DNA from: an uncultured bacterium
Lineage (GTDB): Bacteria > Zhuqueibacterota > QNDG01 > DTFT01
NCBI GenBank assembly: GCA_963736115.1
Contig: CAVTNR010000022.1
Span: forward strand, 32,001 to 96,000
DNA length: 64,000 nt
Reading direction: 5' to 3'
Below, piece by piece: positions 9,280 through 17,908 of this stretch; position 1 is the stretch's first letter, and every line of letters starts with the position of its first letter. Below the pieces are notes generated by a model. That model did not search any database, was not told where the DNA came from, and was given only the letters and a program-made list of their open reading frames with translations. Made by a program: the position numbers and the translations under genes.

Positions 9280-11010
9280 ATGGAACCGACGGGACCCGCA
9301 TTCGCGCCGGACGCCAGCCTCTCGCTTGACCAGCGCCTTCTCGAACAGTCGGCCCTGTTCGAGATGTGCCACACCATCACTTCCTCGCTGAGTCTCGGCG
9401 CCATCGTCGAGAACATGCTCCGCATCCCCATGGGCTATTTCCTTATCGCGCGGGGTATCGTCCTGCTGCGGGACCCGAAAGAACCCGAATACCGGGTCGA
9501 GGGGCTGCGGGGCATCCCTCGCGACATTTTCCATAAAACGCTCCGACTGAACGATCCGCCCGGACACTCCGTGCTGATGCGCGACCACACCGGCGAGGAG
9601 GAATGGGCGGCTTTTTTCAGGGGATTCGGAATCGAAATCGTCCTGCCCCTCGCGACCTCGCGGGGCGTGCTCGGCCTGCTCGGATTCGGCGAAAGAATCG
9701 GCGGGCAGACATTCGGCCTGCGGGAAATCGAATTTCTCGATTCCCTTTCCGGAATCGCGGGGACCGCGGTCGCGAACGGCCTTCTCGTCGAGGAGATCCG
9801 AAGCGTCAATCAGCAGCTCGACCGCAAGATCCAGCAGCTGCACACGATCTTCGACATCGGACGGGAGCTGAACGTGACCCTCGACACGGAGAAGATCGGG
9901 CATATCCTGAGCTTCGCCATCATGGGAGAATTGCTGGTGAACCGGTGCATGGTGCTGGCGGAAAAAGGGGAGGGCGCGGGCATCCGGGTTCTGGTTTCAA
10001 AGGGCGCTGTCTCGGCCCCGCCGGCGGATCCCGCCTGGCTCCGGCTGGCGAAACCCGAAACGTCCACGGGGGACGGTTTTTTCCCGGAATGGAAGCAGGC
10101 CGGCATCACCGCGCTGGTGCCGATGCGCATGCACGACGAAACCCGGGGGCTTCTGGCGCTCGGCCCGAAACTGTCAGGCGAGCCGTTTTCCGAATCCGAC
10201 CTGGAGTTTCTCTCCACCCTCGGGCACCAGGCGATGTCCTCCATCGAAAACGTCCGGCTGTTCCGCGAGGCTCTGGACAAAGAGCGGATGGAGGAGGAAC
10301 TGCGCTTCGCCCGCGGCATCCAGCAGGATCTTCTGCCCCGATCCATGCCGCCGATGAAGGGCCTCGACATCGCGGCCGTGAACGTTCCCAGCCGGGAGAT
10401 CGGAGGCGATTCCTACGACGTCCTTCAGCTTGACGCGGCCCGCGTGGGGTTCGCGATCGCCGATGTGTCCGGCAAGGGCGCCGGCGCCGCCCTGCTGATG
10501 GCCAATCTGCAGGCCAGCCTGCGCGCGCTGGCGGGCACCGGACTCCCGATTCGGGAACTGGTGTTCCGGATCAACAACCTGATCCATCGGAACACCGCGC
10601 TCGACAAATTCATCACGTTCTTCTACGGCGTGCTCGACACGGAGGCGCGGACCTTCGTTTTCTGCAATGCCGGCCATAATCCGCCCATCCGCGTGTCGGC
10701 CGGGGGGGACGAGACGCTCCTCGAGAAGGGGGGCGTCATCCTGGGCATGATGGCGAATGTCCCATACGAAACCGGCGAGGTTTCGCTCGTCCCGGGCGAC
10801 CGGCTGTTGTTCTATACGGACGGCGTCTCCGAGGCGGTGAATGAAAAAGGCGAGGAATTCGGCACCGACCGGATCATGGACGTGCTCCGGTCCGGACGGG
10901 AAGAGTCGGCCTCCGGCCTGATCGAGGCCATGATGGATGCGGTAGGGCGGTTCCGCGGCAAGGCGGAGCAGAACGACGATTTGACGCTGATGGCGGTGAA
11001 GATCGAGTGA
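9280..11010 (+). CDS. GAF-GAF-PP2C (RsbU-like) phosphatase
   Basis: Two GAF-like repeats and motifs IGGDSYD, ADVSGKG, CNAGHNPP, YTDGVSEA, DDLT. Confidence 0.9.
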   Translation: MEPTGPAFAPDASLSLDQRLLEQSALFEMCHTITSSLSLGAIVENMLRIPMGYFLIARGIVLLRDPKEPEYRVEGLRGIPRDIFHKTLRLNDPPGHSVLMRDHTGEEEWAAFFRGFGIEIVLPLATSRGVLGLLGFGERIGGQTFGLREIEFLDSLSGIAGTAVANGLLVEEIRSVNQQLDRKIQQLHTIFDIGRELNVTLDTEKIGHILSFAIMGELLVNRCMVLAEKGEGAGIRVLVSKGAVSAPPADPAWLRLAKPETSTGDGFFPEWKQAGITALVPMRMHDETRGLLALGPKLSGEPFSESDLEFLSTLGHQAMSSIENVRLFREALDKERMEEELRFARGIQQDLLPRSMPPMKGLDIAAVNVPSREIGGDSYDVLQLDAARVGFAIADVSGKGAGAALLMANLQASLRALAGTGLPIRELVFRINNLIHRNTALDKFITFFYGVLDTEARTFVFCNAGHNPPIRVSAGGDETLLEKGGVILGMMANVPYETGEVSLVPGDRLLFYTDGVSEAVNEKGEEFGTDRIMDVLRSGREESASGLIEAMMDAVGRFRGKAEQNDDLTLMAVKIE

Positions 11011-11052
11011 CGGTCGGGGGAAGAGCGGAATAGGAGAGGCGGCTTCGGCCGG

Positions 11053-11400
11053 TCAGCGCTGGTGATCAGGTGAAGTGCACCGGACGGCGCCGTTCGGCAT
11101 CAGCTCGTACGCGAATCCGTCCGGGCAGACGGGAAGAACCCCGTCCTGCATGAACGGAGCAAGTTCTTCGATTGCATCAGGGGTGACGGCCTTCCCTGTT
11201 TCCAGCAGCGTTCGGCTGTAGTATAACTTCTGTGCTTCTTCAAGGCTTCGCTGATTGGCGAAGCAGGTTGCGCGCTTGGCGGATTCCTGCAAAGGAATAT
11301 AATTGGTGACAGCGATGGATGCCAGAATGCCGACGATCACAATGACAAGCACGATCTCAACGAGGGTGAAACCTGGATGTTTTTCATTAAGGAGTTTCAT
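11053..11400 (-). CDS. Type IV pilin / pseudopilin-like protein
   Basis: Prepilin cleavage site G|FTLVEIVLVIVIVGILASIA and C-terminal Cys residues. Confidence 0.88.
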   Translation of the reverse strand: MKLLNEKHPGFTLVEIVLVIVIVGILASIAVTNYIPLQESAKRATCFANQRSLEEAQKLYYSRTLLETGKAVTPDAIEELAPFMQDGVLPVCPDGFAYELMPNGAVRCTSPDHQR

Positions 11401-11716
11401 GTTTTCGATCATCTTTTAAAAGTGAAATATGCAAGAAACCGATTTCGAATCGAAATGACAGCCGAGGCTTTCCGGTTCGAAACGACCGGGATAGTTCAGA
11501 GCCGCGAACAGGCCTGATCGTTGTTAAGGCTTTGTAATTATATGTCTTACGCCAACAACCAATAAGGACAATATTCCGGAAAATCAGAATATGGCAGGCT
11601 TTATGCCTGAATGTCATTGTCAAACGGCAAAAATCAAACCAATGCGAATCCGGAGAATGAACTACGTTCTGCGTGGATTGATCAACTGGAGGCAAACGAG
11701 GAAAAGCCGATAAATA

Positions 11717-11749
11717 CAAAAGAGGAAGAAGCACGGGCTTCTTCCTCTT
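11717..11749 (-). terminator. Intrinsic terminator after the small lipoprotein
   Basis: Stem AAGAGGAAGAAGC-acgg-GCTTCTTCCTCTT with a T-run on the minus strand. Confidence 0.7.
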
Positions 11750-11771
11750 CCCAATCCTGGATCTGATTCTG

Positions 11772-11927
11772 TTACTGAGCAACCACGGTCGAATCAACCA
11801 CAGCCGCGACAGAATCAACCGGAGCCGGAGCCGGAGCCGGCTGCTGTTCCTCTGCCTTCTTCGCGCAACCCATGACCGTCAATGCCATAACGGACACGCA
11901 GAACATCATCACGATGAATCTCTTCAC
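11772..11927 (-). CDS. 51-aa lipoprotein (absent from ORF track)
   Basis: GTG start with SD AAGGAGG 8 nt upstream. MKRFIVMMFCVSVMALTVMG-CAKKAEEQQPAPAPAPVDSVAAVVDSTVVAQ. Terminator follows. Confidence 0.8.
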   Translation of the reverse strand: MKRFIVMMFCVSVMALTVMGCAKKAEEQQPAPAPAPVDSVAAVVDSTVVAQ

Positions 11928-12373
11928 CTTCTTCACCTCCTTGTGGTGTTTTGTATCTATGTGATTTTAAAGGATGTTGTTCATTAAAAACTTCATATAA
12001 ATATATAAAAAAAAGCCCGCAAGTCAAGATAATTTTAAAGAATTTTCATGGGAGGACGTAAAATTTCGCTTGATTTTGATTGTCTGTTATTATAAATTTT
12101 TTAATGAGTTAATCTTGAATGGGATGTTTTTTCGGCCCCATCCGGAGGGCTCAGGCGGCAGGAACTACCTGAAAAGTACCGCGTAAAACCCGGCGATGCA
12201 GTCCTTCTGCACGGATCAATTGATACAGAAGACATACGGGTGAAAAGTCAAATTCCTGTTTTTGAGACGATGTGTTTGGGGTTGCACGGTAAATCGGGCG
12301 GCCAGAAGCCTCGTCATTCTGGTTCCAATTTTCCTGGATGATCGGAGATTGGGCTTCTGGCCGCTCCGACGAG

Positions 12374-12451
12374 TCGAATTCCCCGCCGCTGGCGGCTTCC
12401 ATCATCCAAGTTACCTGTGATACCCAGCTGCTTGCGGCGGGGTCCTTCATT
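12374..12451. mobile_element. Degenerate palindromic MITE-like element (CCCCGCCGCTTGCGGCGGGG family)
   Basis: TCGAATTCCCCGCCGCTGGCGGC...GCTGCTTGCGGCGGGGTCCTTCATT shares its core palindrome with the element at 36657-36808. Confidence 0.5.
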
Positions 12452-12504
12452 AGACGGCCATCTGTCCGGATGGGCCGGATCCGGACATGCGAAAGGGAGA
12501 AGCC

Positions 12505-13428
12505 ATGACCGATTCCGTCATTTTCACCGAGGACCTAACCAAGATCTATCAGGGGGAACTCGGACAGAAGCCGACAATCGGAGTCGAGGGTTTGCATCTC
12601 GACGTACGGCCCGGTGAGGTTTTCGCCTTCCTTGGACCGAACGGCGCGGGCAAGACTTCGACCATCAAGCTCCTGACGCGGCTTTTAATGCCCACCCGGG
12701 GACGGGCCCTGATTTTCGGGGAGCCGGTATCGGACAACCGGACCATGCGCCGTGTGGGTTTTGTTCCGGAACAGCCGAATCTGTACGGTTACCTGACGGC
12801 CGCGGAAATGCTCGATTTCGTCGCGAAAATATTCGGTCTGCCCGCGTCCGTCCGGAAGAAGCGGATCAGCGACACCCTCGGCCGAGTGGGCCTTGCGTCG
12901 GCCGGCGGTCGGGCGGTTCGCACTTTCTCGCGCGGCATGATGCAGCGGCTGGGCATGGCCCAGGCCCTGATCAATGATCCTGATCTGCTCATACTCGACG
13001 AGCCCATGTCCGCGCTCGACCCGATCGGCCGGAAGGATTTCCGTGACCTGATACTGGAGCTCAAGAAACGCGGCAAGACGCTCTTTTTCAGCTCGCATAT
13101 ACTGTCGGACGCGGAGCTCGTCGCGGATCGTTGCGGCATCCTGAACCGGGGCCGTCTGGTGCAGACCGGCACTCTGGGAGACCTGCTGGACAGTCAGACG
13201 GGATCCGTTGAAATCGCCTTCATTCCGGCCGGAGGAAGGCCGTCCGCGGAGGACCTGACTCGATTTTCCATTTCGGACCAGGGCGGGAACCGGGTGGTCC
13301 GGGTAACCCGGCCCGAAGACGTGACCACCGTCGTGACCGCGGTCCAGGCGCACGGCGGCCGTCTGGTGTCCGTGTCGCCCGAGAGAAAAAGTCTCGAAGA
13401 CGTTTTCATGGCAGAAATCGGGAGATGA
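12505..13428 (+). CDS. ABC transporter ATP-binding protein (PilH/Xap-like)
   Basis: Walker A GPNGAGKT, signature FSRGMMQR, LILDEP, SSH. Confidence 0.93.
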   Translation: MTDSVIFTEDLTKIYQGELGQKPTIGVEGLHLDVRPGEVFAFLGPNGAGKTSTIKLLTRLLMPTRGRALIFGEPVSDNRTMRRVGFVPEQPNLYGYLTAAEMLDFVAKIFGLPASVRKKRISDTLGRVGLASAGGRAVRTFSRGMMQRLGMAQALINDPDLLILDEPMSALDPIGRKDFRDLILELKKRGKTLFFSSHILSDAELVADRCGILNRGRLVQTGTLGDLLDSQTGSVEIAFIPAGGRPSAEDLTRFSISDQGGNRVVRVTRPEDVTTVVTAVQAHGGRLVSVSPERKSLEDVFMAEIGR

Positions 13429-13431
13429 ACC

Positions 13432-14196
13432 ATGCGCATCCTGGCCGTGGCTTCGAACACATTCAAGGAAACGATCCGGAACCGGATCCTGGTGAACATC
13501 CTGCTGTTCGCCGTTTTCCTCATCCTGCTCTCCCTGGTCGTCGGCGAATGGTCGATGGGCCATCAGGTCAAGGTCATCAAGGATTTCGGGCTTTCCGCTA
13601 TGTCCCTGTTCGGGCTTCTCATCGCCGTTTTCATCGGCATCCGCCTGATGGTGCAGGAGATGGAACAGCGCACCATATATCTGATTCTCTCAAAACCCAT
13701 ACGGCGTTGGGAGTTCGTTCTCGGAAAATACCTGGGGCTCGCGGCCACGCTCGCTGTGAACGTGGCGCTCATGGCCGCGGCGCTCTGGGCCGTGGGGCTC
13801 ATGCAGGAAGGCCGTGTCGACCTGAGTCTGATTCCGGCCATTCTCCTCATCTACCTGGAGATTCTGCTCATCGTGGCCTTCGCCCTGCTCTTCTCGACCA
13901 TCACATCGCCCACTCTGGCCGCGGTTTTCACCCTGTGCGTCTACGTGATCGGCCACACCACCGCGTTCATCCGGGAATTCATCACGGTCCACCCAGACAA
14001 GGGTTTCCACTGGCTTCTGAGGATCATCTATCTGGTGATGCCCAATCTCGAAAACCTGAACCTGAAAGCGGCCGCGGTCGAACATTCGGCCCTGCCGCCC
14101 CATGCCGCGATGTTCGGCGCACTGTACGGCCTGGGCTACATCGCGTTTATCCTGATGCTGACCGTGCTGATCTTCGAAAACAAGGACCTGAAGTAG
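13432..14196 (+). CDS. ABC-2 type permease (PilI-like)
   Basis: About 6 TMs, motif E.EQRTIYLILSKPIRRWEFVLGKYLG. Confidence 0.88.
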   Translation: MRILAVASNTFKETIRNRILVNILLFAVFLILLSLVVGEWSMGHQVKVIKDFGLSAMSLFGLLIAVFIGIRLMVQEMEQRTIYLILSKPIRRWEFVLGKYLGLAATLAVNVALMAAALWAVGLMQEGRVDLSLIPAILLIYLEILLIVAFALLFSTITSPTLAAVFTLCVYVIGHTTAFIREFITVHPDKGFHWLLRIIYLVMPNLENLNLKAAAVEHSALPPHAAMFGALYGLGYIAFILMLTVLIFENKDLK

Positions 14197-14206
14197 GAAA
14201 GCGGCC

Positions 14207-15019
14207 ATGAGACGCGGAATACGTCTTCTCCCTCTCTGGATCCTCCTGGTCCTGTCCGCGGCCTGCGTCACGGCGGTTCAGCGGAAACTGGACCGGGACC
14301 GGTCTGTGCATTTTGTGGACACCCGGCCCGTATTTCTGCCGAACGGCAAACTGCTCCGGTGGATGAGCATGGGTCATACCGCGTCATTTGCGGACGCGCT
14401 CTGGATTCAGAGTGTTCTCTACTTCGGCCGGCGGGTCATGGACCACGATAACCCGTATTACATGTATGCCTTGCGTCAGGGAATGCTGGACCGGGAGATG
14501 GAACGCGTCAAGCGGCCGGAAGTGCATCTTCCGGTCAATCCGGGTTTCGAGGTCCTGCATTCGCACCTCTTCTTCGGATTTAAAGAACGCGGCATGGTCG
14601 GCGATGTCTACCCGCTTCTCGACCGGGTGACCACGCTCGATCCGCATTTTATTGATCCCTATATTTTCGGAGGCGTATACGTCCTGATGAGCACAGGCGA
14701 GCTCGACGCGGCGGAAAGCCTTTTACTCAAGGGACACCGGGAGAACCCCGGCTCCTGGAAACTCGCGTTCTACCTCGGCTGGTATTACTGGATGTACAGG
14801 GGGGATGCCGATCAAAGCCGCGTTTATATGGAGCGCGCCGTGGCCCTGCCCGGATGCAGGGATTATGTGTTCAGCCTCCTGAAAGGCGTCTCGCGACAGG
14901 CCGATAAGTTGGACCTGACGGTTCAGTACCTGAGAGGCGTGCTCGAGAGCACGGACAATCCGGAAATCCGGAAGAAGATACAGAAGGAACTCGAAGCGCT
15001 GGAGGCGGCGCGGAAATAA
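14207..15019 (+). CDS. TPR-like accessory protein (PilG-like)
   Basis: N-terminal TM, AD.LWIQ.V.YFG and TTLDPHF..PY.FG motifs, helical repeats, co-transcribed with the ABC genes. Confidence 0.65.
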   Translation: MRRGIRLLPLWILLVLSAACVTAVQRKLDRDRSVHFVDTRPVFLPNGKLLRWMSMGHTASFADALWIQSVLYFGRRVMDHDNPYYMYALRQGMLDREMERVKRPEVHLPVNPGFEVLHSHLFFGFKERGMVGDVYPLLDRVTTLDPHFIDPYIFGGVYVLMSTGELDAAESLLLKGHRENPGSWKLAFYLGWYYWMYRGDADQSRVYMERAVALPGCRDYVFSLLKGVSRQADKLDLTVQYLRGVLESTDNPEIRKKIQKELEALEAARK

Positions 15020-15140
15020 GTTCATCGTTCATGGTTCCTGGTTCATAGTTCAAAAAAATGTAATTTATCAGTATTGATTTCCTTCTTTCACTATGAACGA
15101 TACACTATCAACAATGAACTGTTTTCACAATGAACCATGA
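15019..15140. repeat. Inverted heptamer-array hairpin, RGTTCAT type, copy 2
   Basis: AGTTCATCGTTCATGGTTCCTGGTTCATAGTTCA overlaps the TAA stop. Right arm CTATGAAC...CAATGAAC...CAATGAACCATGAA. Confidence 0.85.
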
Positions 15141-15162
15141 AATTCTTTTTAAAGGAGACCCC

Positions 15163-15396
15163 ATGCCCGCAAGAAGAACACTCGCTGACGAAAAAAGCAG
15201 GCCATCCTGCCGATGCAGATCCAACGAGACGTTCTGGCCCGTTGCCCTGATCGCCGTGGGACTGGTCTGGCTGGCCCGGAACATGGGATGGCTCGATGGC
15301 GACGTGCCCTGGCTTCCGCTTCTGCTCATCGGACTGGGCGTCTACCTGATCGTCCGGCAAAACAGCCGCCGGAACGACAAACAAGACCCGGCGTAG
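15163..15396 (+). CDS. Small membrane protein, LiaI/LiaF-like TM hairpin
   Basis: SD AGGAG; FWPVALIAVGLVWLARNMGW...WLPLLLIGLGVYLI. Confidence 0.7.
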   Translation: MPARRTLADEKSRPSCRCRSNETFWPVALIAVGLVWLARNMGWLDGDVPWLPLLLIGLGVYLIVRQNSRRNDKQDPA

Positions 15397-15432
15397 TTCT
15401 GCCGCATCGCGATCTCCCGCTCCGGCAGTCTC

Positions 15433-16872
15433 TTGTCCCGGTCCGTTCCGTCGATCCTGCTCGTCAATCCCTGGATCGTCGACTTCGCCGCGTATGATTT
15501 CTGGAACAAGCCGGTCGGACTCCTGTCCGTTGGCGCGGTACTCCGGGACGCGGGATTCGAAGTCCGTTTGCTGGACTGCATGGACCGGTATCATCCGGCC
15601 CTGGCCGGCGATTCCGCGGCCCGGGCCGTCACGGCCGTGCGGACCCGGGACGACGGGTCCGGTCATTTCCTGAAAACCATTCTGGACAAGCCGGAACTCC
15701 TGGCGGCCGTCCCCAGGCGGTGGGGCCGGTACGGACTTCCCCTTGAAACGGTCCGCCGTCTGATCGCCTCACAGCCCGCGCCGGACGTTGTTCTCGTGAC
15801 TTCCGGTATGACGTACTGGTACCCGGGCGTGCAGGCGGTCATCGCAAGCATACGGGAACGCCATCCCGGCGTTCCGGTTCTGCTCGGCGGCATATACGCC
15901 ACGCTCTGCACGGAGCATGCGAGGAAGTGGTCCGGAGCGGACCGCGTGATACCCGGAGAGGGCGAGCGTGCGGGCCTGGAAGCCGTGGCTTCGATCACGG
16001 GACTGCGACTGGATCCGTCCCCCGGCGCTTTTCCGGAATATTTTCCCCGGCCTGCGCAGGATCTCTACCCCGTGCTCCGTTCCGCGTCCCTGATCACTTC
16101 GCGCGGATGCCCGTTCCGGTGCCCGTTCTGCGCCTCGCATCTGCTCAACAGCGGCGGTTTCAGGATGCGCGGCACTGAATCCGTCGTCCGGGAGATCGAG
16201 AGCCTTCACCTGGAGAAGGGCACGGTTGATTTTGCTTTTGTGGACGACGCGCTTCTGTTCCGTAAAGAAGAACATCTTCTGCCGCTCCTCAGGCTCCTTG
16301 CCGGGAAGAATCTGCCTTTGCGCCTGCACGCGCCGAACGGCATGCACCCGTCCTGGATCGACGGGGAGACCGCGGTTCTGATGCGGAAAACCGGGTTCCG
16401 GACCATCCGGCTGAGTGTTGAAACCGTGAATCCGGAACGCCTTCGTGAAATGGGGGGCAAGGTCACGGCGGAGAGCCTGAAGGAAGCGGTGAGACGGTTC
16501 GTCGAAGCGGGTTATAGTCCGGCCGAACTCGGGGCGTACGCGATCATGGGACTGCCGGGCCAGCCGATCGCGGAAACAGCCGAGACCCTGGCCTTCATTT
16601 TTTCCCTGGGCTTGCGCATCAGCCTGGCCGCATTTTCGCCCATTCCCGGAACCGCGAGCTGGGCCGAGGCTGTTCGGGCCGGGCTGATCTCCGAGGACGC
16701 GGATCCGCTCGTGTCGAACCACGCGGCGTTTCTCGCGCTGACCAGGCCGTCCGAATATGGGCGATTCGTGAAACTGGGCACTCTGGCCGCGGACGGAAAC
16801 GGCATGCTGAAAAAAGGCATCCCGCCCATGGAGAGCGCCGGTTTCCGGAGACGGTTGTCTGAATTTTCATAA
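15433..16872 (+). CDS. B12-binding domain radical SAM protein
   Basis: N-terminal P.GLL.VGA.L...G cobalamin-binding-like domain and TSRGCPFRCPFC (CxxxCxxC). Confidence 0.9.
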   Translation: MSRSVPSILLVNPWIVDFAAYDFWNKPVGLLSVGAVLRDAGFEVRLLDCMDRYHPALAGDSAARAVTAVRTRDDGSGHFLKTILDKPELLAAVPRRWGRYGLPLETVRRLIASQPAPDVVLVTSGMTYWYPGVQAVIASIRERHPGVPVLLGGIYATLCTEHARKWSGADRVIPGEGERAGLEAVASITGLRLDPSPGAFPEYFPRPAQDLYPVLRSASLITSRGCPFRCPFCASHLLNSGGFRMRGTESVVREIESLHLEKGTVDFAFVDDALLFRKEEHLLPLLRLLAGKNLPLRLHAPNGMHPSWIDGETAVLMRKTGFRTIRLSVETVNPERLREMGGKVTAESLKEAVRRFVEAGYSPAELGAYAIMGLPGQPIAETAETLAFIFSLGLRISLAAFSPIPGTASWAEAVRAGLISEDADPLVSNHAAFLALTRPSEYGRFVKLGTLAADGNGMLKKGIPPMESAGFRRRLSEFS

Positions 16873-16952
16873 GCTGGATGCGGTTGGATGCGTACGCGAC
16901 AACAGCCGCACCCTGTCACGCCGGCTGAAGGCCGGCACACGGAGATCGTCTT

Positions 16953-17642
16953 ATGAACGAAAAGAATCCTTCCGGAATTCTGCCGTCCCCGGATCCTGTG
17001 CTGATTCCGTTTCCCGATGTGCCGATACCGGTCGGGGATGTGATGCGGCGGCTCGGGTATCCATCCGCCGGGTACGATCTGTCCGGCGGCATGGAAGAAA
17101 TCCTCAACAATGCCATGACCGAGGCGGGACGGCGGATGGACATCCGGACATCGCACCGGATTCTGGCCGTGGCCTCGAACGACGGCGGACGCGTTCTTTT
17201 CAAAGACTCGGACCTGATCATCGAGAGTGGAATGGTGGCGAAGCTTCTGCGCCGCGCGTCCTGCGTCGTGTGCCTCGCGGCCACGGCGGGCATTGCCATG
17301 GATAATGCCGTATCATCCGAAATGGACAGGGGGGAGATGACGGAGGCGTTCATGCTGGACGCCATCGGCTCCGAAACCGTGGAAGCGGCAGTGGATGAAC
17401 TGCACTGGAAAATTCTGAAGGAAATGGCCGAGGAGAACGGACTGAACGTCACGCCCCGTTTCAGCCCGGGTTACGGGGATTGGCGGCTCACGGTTCAGGC
17501 GGATCTGGTGCGCGCAAGCGGCGGGCCGCTCATCGGCATTTCGGTTACGCCTTCGTCTCTGATGATACCGAGAAAATCCGTAACCGCGGTGCTGGGATTC
17601 GAGCCGTGCTGTTTGGATGAGGGGGTATTGAGTGAAAGTTAA
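16953..17642 (+). CDS. Stand-alone methionine synthase activation-domain-like protein
   Basis: LAATAG, DAIGSETVE, TPRFSPGYGDW, LMIPRKSVTAVLG. Confidence 0.85.
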   Translation: MNEKNPSGILPSPDPVLIPFPDVPIPVGDVMRRLGYPSAGYDLSGGMEEILNNAMTEAGRRMDIRTSHRILAVASNDGGRVLFKDSDLIIESGMVAKLLRRASCVVCLAATAGIAMDNAVSSEMDRGEMTEAFMLDAIGSETVEAAVDELHWKILKEMAEENGLNVTPRFSPGYGDWRLTVQADLVRASGGPLIGISVTPSSLMIPRKSVTAVLGFEPCCLDEGVLSES

Positions 17643-17908
17643 GGGTAATTTTGTTTGATTACGACAAACTTCGTCCTGGAAGATGGGTTCTATAAGTGCA
17701 CGATTACTCTGTTCCGGAGTCGGACCGGCTTTCCCTTCGTTAAATTCCGCTTGATTTTATCGTCTTCATTATTTAAGATGGAATATCCGATACTTTGAAC
17801 TCCTGACGCGGAAAATGAATCGTGCCCCGTCCTCCTGATGAAAATCGCCCTCTTGGCGCCGTCCCCGGACACGCGGCTCCGCCTGATCCGCATGGAAAGA
17901 ACGACCCC

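Noticed and set aside
11387-12027. ORF-track calls 11387-11818 and 11815-12027
   Set aside because: No motifs or SD. The real gene is the 51-aa lipoprotein in another frame (11772-11927).
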